A stretch of 64,000 nt of DNA from Mytilus californianus. Lineage: Eukaryota. The notes beneath the pieces are model-generated. The model had not been told where the DNA came from and searched no databases. It saw nothing but the letters and a program-made list of their open reading frames with translations. Below, in pieces: positions 24,548-38,623 of the stretch (position 1 is its first letter; each line of letters begins with the position of its first letter). The stretch covers positions 99,944,001-100,008,000 of the forward strand of contig NW_026262679.1 in assembly GCF_021869535.1 (NCBI RefSeq), given 5' to 3'. Both the position numbers and the translations under genes were made by a program.

Positions 24548-25335
24548 AACACAGAAACATTTGAAAGCCAGGAATGTTTAAATACGTATAGATACATCAG
24601 GAGCTAATTGACAAAAAGGGACAGAAAAACCAATAGCCATATTCATCTAAGGTAAACTTTTCCTGAGGGAGTTGAAACAATAGTTTTTTTTTATGATTTG
24701 TTAATTTATAAAAGGGGAAGTTTAAAAGAGTTGTAATAAATAATGCCAGTGCCGAATCACTGACCACTGAGCTGATTCATTAGCTACTGAATGATACTCC
24801 TCTGGGAGTGTCAACTCAGCGGAATAAATATAAACATACTAGTATCAGTGCGTATGCGTATGATAAATCTATAAGTGTAATAATTGTCATCAGATAATTT
24901 CAACACCAAAAGTTCAGGAAGCAAAATGCATGTAACATTTTCGGACAACAAAATAAAATAAGTCTCACGAAAGAGTTGTGTTTGTTCGTCTTTTGGTGTT
25001 TCGTTGATAGTATTCTTATTGACAATAAAACCAACTTTTCTTGTTTCATACAAAGATGGGCATTTAGGTAAATGACATATAATTGGGCGTATTTTAATGA
25101 AATTGCGTATGCATGTAGAACTCGTTGAACTGCATCTGAATATCGAAAAAAAAATATATATGCATCTTTTATACTTCAAGAGATACAGTCAATTCAAAAT
25201 TTAAAGCGGAGAAAGATATACGCATTTGCTTACTTTAAATTGCTCTTTCTCGAAAATCCTCCGTTGGAGTAGTTTTGTGTAAGGAACACACCCCTGTTAA
25301 TGAAGTGCGTATAGTGTGAACATGAACGAAGTAAC

Positions 25336-25565
25336 ATACTAATTGAGATATGTAAACGCCATTTGATGGAGCCGAGAATATGTTTCTGTTGGTAAATGGG
25401 AAGTTGACAATTGGAAAGTTCTAATCATCACGTCTGTCATAGATTTTAGTTTTAAATTGTCCATCTGTGTCAAAATCGAAGAAAATATTAAGATACGAAT
25501 CAGGCCTTCTTCTATAGTTTTGGTAGTTTCCTTAATCTCAAGTTCACTGGACTGGGGTATATGAG
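25336..25565 (-). mobile_element. Penelope-like RT C-terminal fragment
   Basis: Minus strand across frames: ELEIKETT...FKTKIYDRRDD*NFPIVNFPFTNRNI..PSNGVYISQL. Confidence 0.7.
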
Positions 25566-25595
25566 ATGAATGCACAATTTTTGTCTTCTATTCAA

Positions 25596-25639
25596 GCGTC
25601 ACTGATGAGTCTTTTTTAGACGAAATGCGCGTCTGACGT
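25596..25639 (+). ncRNA. Intact minimal type-I hammerhead ribozyme
   Basis: GCGUCA-CUGAUGA-GUCU(uuuuu)AGAC-GAAA-U-GCGC-GUC-UGACGU: 6-bp stem I, 4-bp stem II, 2-bp stem III with palindromic loop, GUC triplet; predicted cut after 25633. Confidence 0.85.
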
Positions 25640-26172
25640 ACACAATTTTAATCCTGGTACATGTATCTATGATGAGTTTATTCACTGAAATGTGGGTTGT
25701 TATGTGATAGGATATCATCAATATTTCTCAAAGCGAATTTAAAGAATTTCATCAAGATGCTTTCAAGTTGTTTTTTTGTTTATGAGAAAGTTCTGTATTA
25801 ATTCTGCTTCTTTTTGAGTACATAAACAAGTTGGCTAGGAGACTCCACAATTGGTTCCCATTGAAATAACCGCTGTCTGTTATCAATCCACCACACTCAA
25901 TAATAAGGTATTTATCAAAAAGTCAAGCATTTTGATATCATATTCGGGGTATTTGTTGTTTGAATCACTGTGGTTTAGAAATATTTTTGTTCAAGACCTA
26001 AAACAAGGAACTTGTGTCTGCGATTGGCTCTAACGTCGGAATATATCGCATTCAGCAGACAAGTTCAGTCCTAACCCCGCCTATATCCATGTGCATGTCG
26101 CACGGAATTAACCTCGACAGTGGTCCAAGAACTTTAATATGCAAGTGGTCGTATGTCCTAAAATCTATTTTG

Positions 26173-26492
26173 ATGGTTTTCTTTTGTTATTTGTAGAAAT
26201 TTGTGTTGGTTACAGACATTTACTTGCCTATTTGGTATAGACTGTATGATGACCTCTAAATTCGTTTGGTTTGTTTATGTCATTCGCTTGCTGTCTCATT
26301 GACGTAAACCACATGTCGTATGTCTTGTCTTTATGGTTTTCTTTTGTTATTTGTAGAATTTGGTGTTGATTACAGGCATTTACCTATCTATTTGTATAGA
26401 CTGTAATATGACCTCTATTACCAAATGCCGTTTGGTTTGTTTATGTCATTCGCTTGCTGTCTCATTGGCGTAAACCACATATCTTTTATTCA
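26173..26492 (+). repeat. Two tandem ~160-bp copies of a retroelement tail end
   Basis: ATGGTTTTCTTTTGTTATTTGTAGAA starts at 26173 and 26333; both units end GCTGTCTCATTG(A/G)CGTAAACCACAT. Confidence 0.75.
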
Positions 26493-28734
26493 TATTAACT
26501 ATGTATTGCATAAATAGTGATATATAGTATGTGATTAAAATGAGCAGTCAATTCGTGTTTTGCAAATTGTTCAATTGAGAATGTTTATATTGATGTAAGC
26601 AACGGTAACCGGATATCCCTAAATTGCATAGTCATTGTGACAATTATGTTTGCGCAGTTGCATTCGGATATTAAAGCACCAAAGTGTCATATGTTGTGTC
26701 TAGAACATGTAAACAAACAGCAATAATCTATTGAAGTATTGTTCCGTTAATAATGTCACATGACAAATTAAATTAGATCTGCTCCATGAAGTGGTCGATT
26801 AAGTGTTAACCACGTGGTGTAAACGGATTAGCATTTGCTATACTGGTTCCTCTAGGAAAACGAATCGATCATTAACAACAACAGGTCATTTTTACAGTTC
26901 TAAAACACATCAAAATGTGTTATTTTATTAGTTGCAACATTCCGAATTCCAGGAATTTAATTATTTTTCGGTTATGGGGTAAAACCTGATCTGCTACTTT
27001 TTCAATTTTGCTACAGTTACTGCTTCAAAAATTTTCGAATCATGGAAATTTGATTGGTTTACATTCCTCTCATTTTTCTGAAGGATATTTGAAATTAAAA
27101 AATAAAATGATCGAACGAAAGCTTCAAGCTGCAGATGAAATTGACGTATTTGTTTAAGTATATTTGCTGTAAAAGGAAGTACATACCCATTTTAATTAAA
27201 ATTAAAACAGTAAGATTACCAGACAGATTATGCAATTCTGACGTTACAGGAACATTTTTGTGCATGCTTTGTTGTACTTTTCATTTGCTTTGTTTTCATT
27301 TAATTTGTTTTGAAATCAAATTTGAAAGCAAACAAGTAAAATAACGTCTAGGTTGTCAATCAACACAAACCGATTTACTGAGCTTGGGAGAGAAAATTGT
27401 TTCTTTCATTATCAATCGAGGTTTGAAATTAAAATCTGCCGATGTTATTGAAAATCGAGAAGCAAAACAGACATGAAGGTCTTTAATTTGTAAAGGTCGT
27501 CATCAAAAGTCGTAGGAGACGACAAAATAGTTTCTTCTCGTTTTAAATTCACAATAACCCTGAACTCTGACCTTGAACTAAGCCTTGTATTTACTGCATG
27601 AGTTGATAATGACAGGAAGACGACAATGCACAAACTGTATTCGAGAATCAACAAAGACTGATCCACAACACACACACACACACACAAACATGAACCTTAA
27701 TATCTAATGCGTCAGAAAGATAATCACACACTGCTTCGTATGTGGCACCTGTAGAATTGGCTTTTGGCTGGTGGTCAGAATCGGATACGATTCGATAAGG
27801 TTCCATATCGGAAAACCAATGTGATGAAAAACATTAGATAACTTTAAGTAAACTTTATGATATGATTAAAACAGATTTTAAATCCGGAAAAAAAGAAATT
27901 AAACAATTTGAATTTGATGCTCATTTTGATTTCTTTGTGATATTCGTATGCAGACATCCTCTGCACACATTTCTTGTAATATTGATAACTAGAGAACTGA
28001 CATATATACAAACATGTTCATGCACTTTAACTTTTGTCCCATGGTGAATTGTTTCAAATATAATAGTAAGTCACATCAGAAAAAACTGCTCGCAAGATAT
28101 ATGATTTAAGATATCTGTACAAAGCGACATAATTCAATAATCACTTTCTAAAAATATCACATTGATAAATCAAAACAAACAAATGTCTTTCTTTATTGCC
28201 AATATTTTTTGCAATTCAATATCACATGGAATTGTCTGTGCATGAATGCATGAAACACGCCAGCTAAAAACCAGATACAGAAATTGTGAACTGTGACGTC
28301 ACCTGTTAGGTTGAGAAATTAAACTTAAGTTTGATGTTTAGATGTTTAAATGATAGAAAAATATGATATTTATCGAATTTCAAACCAAAATTTTTTTAAA
28401 TATCTTCTGATGATATAATACATGTTGAATTAGGAATAGAACTGTTACACCACGAAAACCTCCTGATAACAACTGATATCAATAGTGACAAGTATTTCGT
28501 AGAATATGTTTGCCTAATCTTGGGTACTATAGAACATTATTTTATCGGTGATTACACCATATTTATTTATTTTCATATGTTTTGTTCAAATCTGAACTTT
28601 AGGGAATTGAAGTACCACAAAAATATTTATGCAGTAATTTTAGTCTCACGATAATATAATATAAAGCTTTTAAATCCACAGATATTGTTAAAACCCGAAG
28701 TATTTTAAATAGCAATTTTCTTTAACCACCAACC

Positions 28735-31700
28735 AAGTTGCGGCACGCATAGTCTCATATTTTCTTGTAATTTTGTTTGTTGGTAATTATCGATAAACAT
28801 ACAAGAAATATGTTGACAAAAAATTTGTTTATGTCCCCGTTGCCTTGGTAACAGGTCCCTTGGATTTTGCCTCAAAAATGCATATTTTGGCGTTGAAACA
28901 TAACCAACTTTAAGCAGTTATCATGCCCACATTTCTTTTTTGATGAATATTTGGACATTTGTTCATTAAAATTTAGCACTTAATGAGTAAGAGAAAAGAT
29001 AAAAAATTATTTCTAATAAAAAGGAGAGAAGGGGGCAACACTGATTGAAGTAAGAGAGTTTTCATTGTATTCAAGAGGGCAAATTATAGGCATTTTGCAT
29101 GACATAGTTACACGCTTTTGCATCCAAACCAATTTATATTGAGGTTACTAATGTAATCTGTCACTGTTGCCTAGAAATAATTTCTAACTAAAGGTTTGGG
29201 ATTCAGGTTGCTAGGGTGGTTGCTATGGGAACCTAAAAGTGTAATTTCAATGACCTTAAGTTTGACTCAAAGGTCAAAGGTTATTGATGACCTTGACCTT
29301 TGACCTTGAGTCTTTTTATTAGATTAGGTCAAAATTTGTAACAAATAAGACCCATACAGTATATACAAAAAATATTCAGAATGATTATTGCTTTTATTTG
29401 GTAATAAAGCAAAATGCCAGAGGTTAAGGTCATGTCAAAAGTTCTTAGCAACGACCCTTACTTGATATAAAAGTACCTAGCAACCATACATATTTGGGTT
29501 CAGATTAAAATGAACTATGATAGAGATCCTAATTGAAGATAAGGGGTAAAAATTGTCACCATAGACTTTAAAGGCCATTCTCATATAGTTGGAAAATGCC
29601 TAGCAACCATCAAGGTTTTGGCAGAAATTTTGAAACTAAACTTGCAATTCCTTCTTCCAATTAGAATTTCGAATTCCTTTTAAAAACATAAATTGTGTTT
29701 CTTGACGTAAATAATTCACTGACATAATTTTACTCATGTTTATTTCAGTAAATCAGGAGCAACTTTGTCTCCTGTTCTGACTTGAATTACAAATGCTCTT
29801 TTTTTCCAGGCATATATATAGGTTCACAACAAGGGAGTAAGTGGTCAATATCGTCACAAAATTCTTTTGCAGCCATTCTCACATTGTGGAAAATGACTAG
29901 CAACAATCAATGATTGTGTTACCTGAGACAAAAGTTACAAAGAAATCTTTCTGATCATGATTCAAAGATCTTTCCTCGTGTGGTTCTTAAGAGCGTTTTT
30001 GAGGTTATACAAACACTGGGCGTTCGTCATTGTCATCATTTTGTACATTGTCCGTCTAAAATATTTCCCTTTGAAACTGCATAATCAAATGTTAGTGATA
30101 ATGCATAGCATATATTCTGTAAACGCCATTTATTCTGTTACTATCTGATAAAAATTATAGCTGGTACAAATAAAATAAAAACTGAAATTTTAACGATAGT
30201 TTTTGTCTTAATTTACAATAACTAAAGCAGTAAGAGCAAGACAGGAATGTTATGGTCAGTAGGTGTCGATCTATCGTAAAATTTTCAGAAGAACTGAACA
30301 ACATTAAATGTCAGCTTTGAGCAAATTTCGCAATTATTTTACTTCCAAACTTTTTTAAATAATAAAATTCAAAAAAGTTAAAATGACTTTAAAAGACGAT
30401 TTGTATCTTTTTTTATTTTGCGGGCCAAGCCTACAAGGAAAATTGAGCTCTTCTCATTTTTTATCGTCCGTCGTCGACATTTCTTGTTCTTTGAAATTAC
30501 AGGGCAAATTGCAACCAAAATATACTTTCTATTACTATTCTTATGATATATAGATAAAGAACATTTGTGGGGACATTAATACACTATAATATAAAATAAG
30601 GAACACGGCGGAATAATAATTTTGTTTTCGTTTTTGCTTGAAATGTTATTCTAATTTTATTGTATCAATTTTACGCAAAAATACCAGGTGAATCATGATA
30701 CAGCTTCCATGGGGCCTCCATGACGACTGTTACCCAAAATCGTCATTAAAGAGCAATAACTCTAATAAGGGGGGTCGTTAGACAAATTCAACCATGTTGA
30801 CTTATTTGTAATCTTGTCTTGCTGATAATTTTTGTAAGTTAAAGCTTCTTCCTATCTATTATGATATTTTTGAAACACACAATGTATTTTTTTTTAAGAA
30901 AGGGTTATTTTTTTAATTATCCACAGCATACAAATATAGCAATAGAGCGGATTCAGAGTAGTTGGGCCATTTTATATTTTGTGATGGGGATAAGGGATGC
31001 TAAATGAAATTAATGTGATGATGTCTAGAACTGAAAATCAATAATATTGCCCAAGACATGCTGAAATTGAATTTTCTGTACATTCAGATGCACATCAGCC
31101 ACATACGATTTGAAATAGGAAATAGGTGTGTACACAATGAAAAATATTTTTTTCGACGAAAAACAGAATGAAATAAGTAATCCAGCCTCAAAACGGGCGA
31201 AAATGATTATTCTGTCTACGATAACGTCTTGCCAAAAAGCCCCAACCAAAGAAATAAATTGGTCGTCCTCATAGCAGTTCTGTTTTGTTTGTCTATTATG
31301 TAGATTCAAAGGACTTGTCTTAAAATTAACATTTGGTCTCTTATGGAGAGTTATCTCATCGGTAATTATACCACATCTTTTTATTTTTGTATTTAAATTT
31401 GTAATCAATCCCTTGAAATTGAATTTGCCATATAAATTACTATTCTGGATTATACATGTGTTCTTTAAAGGAATTACTAATTTAAAGAAAATTGCATGTT
31501 TAATATTATTTTGTTTTCTGATTTTTGTCCCAAGGAAGCAGTTTTCCAATATAAATAAATGGTTGCTAGGCACTTTTCCAATATGAATAAATGGTTGCTA
31601 GGTACATTTCCACCATAAATGAATGATTGCTTAGGACTTATGTGTTGACATCTCCCCTCGACCTTTTATGTAAGGTCTATGTACTAGTTTATATAGTTCT

Positions 31701-32540
31701 GAATCAAAACATGTATGGTTACTAGGTACTTTTTTTGTCAAATAAGGGTGGTTGCTAAGCACTTTTGACATGACCTTGACTTCTTAATGTTTATCTGTTA
31801 ACCAAATAGTGGCTTTAAGCGTCCTGAACATTTTCCCCATGTATTGTATGCATCTTTCTATTATCTTTTCTTACAAAATTCAATTAATATACACACGGTC
31901 AAAGATCAGGGTCATGGATGACCTTTGACCTTTAGTCAAATTTATGGTCATTTAATTGCAAACAGTTTACACACCGTAGTCATTCAATAGTAAATACTTT
32001 TTGGGGATTATCTTAATTACATGGTCAAATTTCAGAGGTTAAAAGATAAAAATGACACATTTTTGTTTCCATAGCAACCATCCTAGCACCCTGAATCATA
32101 AACATTTTGTTATAATTTATTGACTAGGAACATTGATATTTTATACTTATAACCACAGCTTAAATGGAGGTGGATGCAAAAATGTATATTTTGTTCATGC
32201 AAAATGTGTACAATTTGCCTCCACAAATACAATGAAAAATGACCTCTGCTCCTGCGGTTGTGACAATATTCAGCAAAAATATTTTTATATATGACATTGC
32301 TGTTTTGTTTCTAAAAATTATTAACAAATATCATTAAATGAAATCTGTTATCGATGACTGCAAAGTTGTTGTTTTTTTCAATGCTAAATTCCCCAAAATG
32401 TACAGGAAAACTCATTGTCTTGGTTGCCATGGCAACTGTGGCCTAGCCACATTTTGGTGGGCATTTTTCTTACTTTTTTACCCAATTACATGTTAAGGCT
32501 AAGTTTCAGGAAAATCGGTGACTATGCGTGACGACCCTCC
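28735..32540. repeat. Long diverged inverted repeat (foldback-like element, or two opposed copies of one family)
   Basis: Mirror-image anchors: CACGCATAGTC 28744 / GACTATGCGTG 32520; GGTTGCTATGG ~29217 / CCATAGCAACC ~32069; clusters of CTAGCAACCAT at 29476-29905 vs GGTTGCTAG at 31561-31760. Confidence 0.55.
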
Positions 32541-33119
32541 TATATGAAATGGTTGGTGGTTACAGAGAATTGCTCTAAAAGTAAAATTAATCAGTAATAC
32601 ACTTCTATGACATTGTGTTCTTCTACCTGACAATTTCTTGTTGTTAAAAAAAGCGCACTGTTAACAGTGTGAACATTTTTTTTACTATATTAGGATAGAT
32701 TCCAAAAAGTAATATATTTTTTTTCGTTTGTTTTAGCACTACAATATAAATAAGAACCTGGCAAAACAGCAGACAACAATATAATTACTATGTTACGGTA
32801 AAATCAAAATGGGACTTTTTCACCCAGATATATGCAATTCTTTACACGACATTGTAATACGTTTAAATCGTACAAATAAAAAGTAGAAAAATACATGATG
32901 GACGATCTACACTCCTGTTTACACCAGCATTCGCTTAGTGTCTCAAAAGTAGATCCTCGATTATTATAATACGATCACATGACGGTATCAAAATTGTTGT
33001 ACGAGCAAATTTTTTCCCATTGTCTCAATTACCATAGTATATCGAATCAAAGAGTGATCCGATAAAAAAAATACTTATACTCGTTTTTGGCATAGTGATA
33101 TTCCCTTAAAAAGTAAAAT

Positions 33120-33360
33120 AATAAAATTACCGAACTTAACGGAAAATTCAAAACGGAAAGTCCCTTTTCAAATTGCAAAATCAAAAGCTCAAACACATCA
33201 AGCGAATGGAAAACAACTGTCATATTCCTGACTTGGTACAGGCATTTCCTTATGTAGAAAATGATGGATTGAACCTGTTTTTATAGCTAGCTAAACCTCT
33301 CACTTGTAAGACAGTCGCATAAGATTCCATTATATTGACAACAATGTGTGAACAAAATTT
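33120..33360 (-). repeat. Retroelement tail fragment (third tail type; related piece at ~43340-43480)
   Basis: ATTCCTGACTTGGTACAGGC motif; AAAATTCAAAACGGAAAGTCC shared with 43388-43410. Confidence 0.55.
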
Positions 33361-36269
33361 CTGAATTTCCGGGCAGCAACCGACCACAACGAAAAGGTAG
33401 ATATAAAATGCTTGAACATACAATTCTACATTTAATTCTTACATTATTAGAAAGTAACTTGTAAAATCATTGTAGAAGATACTTCGACCAAAATATTTTG
33501 ATGTTTTAGTGTATTTGACATAGTGATATATTCTTCTTGTCTCACTTTTAAACTAACAAATCGAAAAGGTGAAAATACACAAAAAATAAAAGCAAAAAGA
33601 CGAAAAGCGAAATTGAAAAGGCAAAAACGCGAAATGAAAACTTAGTCTAATTATGTTTTTCGCTTTGTCGCCTTTGAGTTTTGTGTATATCAATAGAAAG
33701 GCGAAAACCACCGCATCCGTCCACCATATATATTTTGTTTCTGTCACATTAATAAGTGACATTTTGATTTTTTGGCAAAATCCACATGTATCCAAATTTA
33801 ACATTTTTTTTAAAGATCCAACTCATTTTTAGGGGGAAAAATGGCGGTTTTGTAAACGCATAATCTCAAAATAAGATTCATAACTACATTTGTTGACTTT
33901 CTAAAGAGATCAACATAAAGTCTTAACCATTAGCATAGCGTATTTTTTTTACTGCATATGTTATATATGCTCCTTTTAAATCTACTGCTAAAAGAGTCAA
34001 ACGATTGTACAAAAACCTACAATATTTATTGCATAAGCGAAACAATGCTTTATTTGCGCATTGCTTTCACTATAATGTACTACTCACAAATCTAGCACGA
34101 TCATGTACTTGCATTATTAAACTGGTAAATATAGATATTGAAATAACATCGATTTTATAGTTAAAGTTATTTCCTTGGAAATTAAGTGACTGCTCAGCCT
34201 TTCGATGTCCGTACTTTTAGAATTAAACATATTTTTATCTCAATTTGGATTCTTCTACAGTTAATTTCATTTAATTCGAGGAAAATTTTAGAATGGCCGA
34301 TTTTTTGTCGATTAATTCATCATGTTGAATGTGGGCAGTATTTGGAAGACTGTGAAAAACTGCGTGTGTCGTTGCAGAATTGAGATTATTTACAACTTGT
34401 GAAGATACTGTTGTCTTTGACCGTGTATGCATCACAATACCCTTATTACGTTAAATCTGGTCTTTTATCATCAATTTGTTACATCTCGTTTGGAAATATA
34501 TCCGGTAATACCGTTGTCAAACCAAAATTACCGTCTTTACTTTTTAGTAATTTTTTTTCTGCAACAAGGCAATCTGAGAAGGATGTTTCTTTAACTTAAA
34601 TGCTTCAAGATTAAAGTACAACAATTAATTTAGCACTTAGTATTTTTTGCAGTAAACACCAAAATTGCCGTAAGATGTGCGACATTCAGATTGTGAATTT
34701 CATCCGGCCGCATGATTGACATCTAAAATTACCACCACTGAGGAAGAAAGTAATTGCTGAAAAACGTCTTACGGTCTTACAATACAGGACAGAACATTTA
34801 GGAATAGGATATGGGATAACAAAGGATACAAATCGTATGAAAGCAATCAGCTGGATCTACTGGACTGTAATTTTCAAAAAACTACGTTCTCCGATGGTCG
34901 GATGTCGTTTGCGAATTAAAGCGTAGATTAAAGGCAATATTAACATGCATGTCACGGACAACATGGATATACATGTAGTGGGAAAGTAACAGATTACCAA
35001 AAACGGAGAACTTAAGTACCCGTTTCTAGTGGGTTCGTGATGATCTATTATTTCAGGTGTACTGTATTGAGTATTATTTTTTTGTCTTTTCTTAATTTTT
35101 TGTCTTTTTTTCAGTGTTGTAACAATGCTTCTGTAACGTACAGAGAGTGTTGCTCTCTACATAGTTTGTTGTCACAATGTTACAGAAGCATGGGTTTTGA
35201 ATTCCGTTGCGAGAAGGAAAAAATTGCAACCGAGAATTAATTTGCATCAACTTTATATAGTTAAATTTCAGACGAAGTCTATTATAGACTCCCCCACAAC
35301 TGACAACGAAGATTGAGTTCACCAACAATAAACGAATAAATCTGCTACTTAGGAGAATATTTGACGTCATACATGCATGTTGTTCGCCTTTAAATATCTA
35401 TGACTCTAAAAAAGTTATGATTGTGAAATGTATAGCTTTTGTAATGTGTTGTTTTTATAGTTTGTTGTAGTGGCTTTTTACTGTATAACAATATCGTGAT
35501 TGAATTGTAAACTGTTGCTATGATATTACTTAATTTCATTTCATTGCAGTGTAGAATATAGAAAAATATATTTTGATCTATTGTGCATCTGTTCTGGTTT
35601 TATGTTTGTTTTATTTTATATTTTATGATTTTTTGGTCATATTCAAAATACAATTGAGTTAACTTTTTCACAGACAAGTGCATGTGAAATCGAGATGAAA
35701 TTAATTATTATATATACTGTGAAAATGTATCATAACATATAAAAACTCGAAAAATACGGATTTAGAAGGTAATAATGACCATTTCAATACCTCTATTGTA
35801 TTTGTCTGAGTGTTTACAGATTAAAGGTCGACTTTCCTTGTGTAGATTTTTCTATTTTGAATGAACATGTAGCAAACAATCTTTTTTCGTTGGTCTAAAT
35901 GTTTATGTTTATTTGAAAATACAAAATGAATGAGTGCGTTCCAGTAATGATAGACAATTGTAATTTGTTACTGGTATATATTTCCTATTCTAGTAAAAAA
36001 TCTACTTGTCAAACTTGTCTCATTGGCACTCATACCACATCTTCTTATATCTATTATATCTTAAAATTGTACCACTGTTATAAGATAAATTTTAGCTCTC
36101 TCTCTATATATATATATATATCTAAATGTTCACCTATTGTACTTCACGAAATATTAATAAAACCTATGTTCGAATACTAGTATCAACAATGGCATCATTG
36201 TCGTCCAAAAAGACAACAGATCGGCGGAAATACCCAAGCTGTTGCCATGTAGAAATTAGATGTGGTTTG

Positions 36270-36565
36270 ATTGCCTATGAGACAATTCTCCACCAAGGAC
36301 TAAATGACGTAGAAGTTCGCAACTATAGGTCAACGTATGGCCTCCAACAATGAGCAAGACCCCGGCATACCGCAAAGCAACTTTGAAGCTATAAACGGCC
36401 CTGAAATGACAAATGTAAAACAATTCAAACGAGAAAATTACGGTCTGATTTATGTACAAACAATGAACGAAAAACAAATATGATATACAGCAACAAACGA
36501 CAACCACTGAATTACAGATTCCTGACTTGGAACAGGCACATACAGAATGTGGCGGGGTTAAAGAC
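36270..36565 (-). repeat. Retroelement tail fragment homologous to 5020-5350
   Basis: AGATGTGG...GAGACAA...CAACAAACGACAACCACTGAA...CCTGACTTGGAACAGGC. Confidence 0.7.
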
Positions 36566-37534
36566 TACTCGCAGTTCTTGGAAGCTAGTTGAAATGATAA
36601 ATGGTCCATATTAGCCAACTTAAAATGTCAATCAGTACAACTCAAACGGATTTAGTGCACATACATCATATTAAGTAGTCTGAAAAAAAAAAGGATGACC
36701 GAGTTAATTGTATGTTATAACTTTGTGATTTTTAACCTAATAATTCCTACAATTTTTTTTTATAAATTCAATGTTATTTTTTGGTTTTTATATAGATCTT
36801 CAATTTTTTTCTTTGAGAAAACACTCAATTTTAACACCGCTGCAACTTATCGATCGACCTTTTGTTTGTCATGGTGTCACCGAAGCTCCCGCTGTGGGAA
36901 GAACACAAAAATTGCTAACATTGTTAGGCTAAATTTGAGACGAATCATATATATATTCATCCTGGAAATCAAGATCCAAGTTCATGCATTGTTAATAGCT
37001 TTCAAATTAAAGATTCTCTGTGTACGCGAAGCTTACTTTTTAACCCCTACTCTCTCCACAATTCCCAGATCACAATTTAATGATGTTGTAGTCATTGGTA
37101 TTCCCGACACCAGCTGTTAAAAGTACTATAACTAGTAAATGAATATATCAACGAACTTCATAACGTTGTCATTTAATACTCTGCTTAATTTATTGTCATT
37201 ACAAAACTTATATAGAATATGTCCAAATAGGAAGCAATTGACATTTTGTCCTTTCCACTCCGTTTCAGTTGCAAATCATTTTTATGAAGCAGACGTTCAT
37301 GACGTCATAAATCCGTCGGCCAACATGTTAATGACCAGCTAAGCTGATGTTTCTGATTGTTTGTGTCATAATGCTCGTAAGGAAGAATTGCATTTTTTTT
37401 CATATGAAAGAAATGTTCACCTTTTAGTGCTTACTATATTACTAATAATCATACTTGTGTAAATGAAGTGTTATTCCTAATGAAATAATGAGACAGCTGA
37501 TGATTAAAGATATAGCCTACACAATTCTTGTTAT

Positions 37535-38190
37535 CAACAATACAACAACAACAACAACAATACTTTATTTTAAGAGGGTTAATTACACAGTTAGCTATAT
37601 ATCTAATCTTCCCTGAGGCCCTCATCATAAAAAATAAAACAAAATGCAAACATATACATTGCATACATTAGTATAAAAAACAAGTATGATAATAATGTTC
37701 AATACAACTTGATAAAATGTTATGAAAAAATAAACGTGATGACATAATCAGTTTTCAATATTTTTTATACAGCTAGGTTGATTTCAATAAATTATCTGTT
37801 ATTTTGTATTTGAAAGAATTAACATTTGTAATATTTCTTAACGGTATTGGCAAATACCACAAGAATGGTCCAGAATACATAAAAGATTTTTTGAACAATT
37901 CTGTTTTTGGTTTAGGGAGTATGAGGTTTCTTTGAATAGCATTTCTCTAGGGGTATGGATTTCTGTCTGAAACATAATGAAACTTGTTAGTAAGATATGA
38001 TGGTGCGTCATTTTTGATGCACTTAAATGTCATCACAAACTTGTGATATTTTATTCTCTGTTCAACTGTCATCCAGTTTAAGTGTTTGAATAAGGGCTCG
38101 GAAGGAGCGAAAGGGTCTGTTTCTAGTATTAATCTAGCAGTTCTCTTTTGTAATTTTAATATCCTATTTAAACCCTCACTGCTACAACTA
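37535..38190 (-). mobile_element. CR1/L2-group LINE, 3' part (RT C-terminus, 3' UTR, (TTG)n tail)
   Basis: SCSSEGLNRILKLQKRTARLIL...LFKHLNWMTVEQRIKYHK; ends AAATAAAAGTATTGTTGTTGTTG on the minus strand. Confidence 0.8.
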
Positions 38191-38623
38191 ACGTAAATCG
38201 TCCCGAAGTCGTCATGGGTCCGCACTTTCTAATACAATGTAATGACATGACGACCTTAAGACGCAATGTAAATAGGTAATCATGCAGAAAAAATATTCAG
38301 GATTCGATATTTCTTTAGTATGAGGCCGTCAAACATTCGGAAATATGGTAATTTATCGTCTAAACTACACAGGGGAAAGCAAGACGACTTCCGGACGGTC
38401 ACGTCTGTAAGTCGTCACATATCACGTCCATTGGTCGTCATGTAATATTAGCCCGTCTTTAGGTCGTCAACTCATTTCTTTTTTGAAAAAAATAGTCAAC
38501 ACAAAATCAAATGAACTCTTATTATTGTTCATTATTCACAAACTAAGTTTTGCAGCAATTATTTCACAAAGTAAACACAATTTTCATGAAAAAGTACACT
38601 TTAAATCCAGTAAACATAGTTAA

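Noticed and set aside
31025-31573. 182-aa minus-strand ORF
   Set aside because: Runs across a retroelement tail fragment and repeat-arm sequence; no coherent domain.
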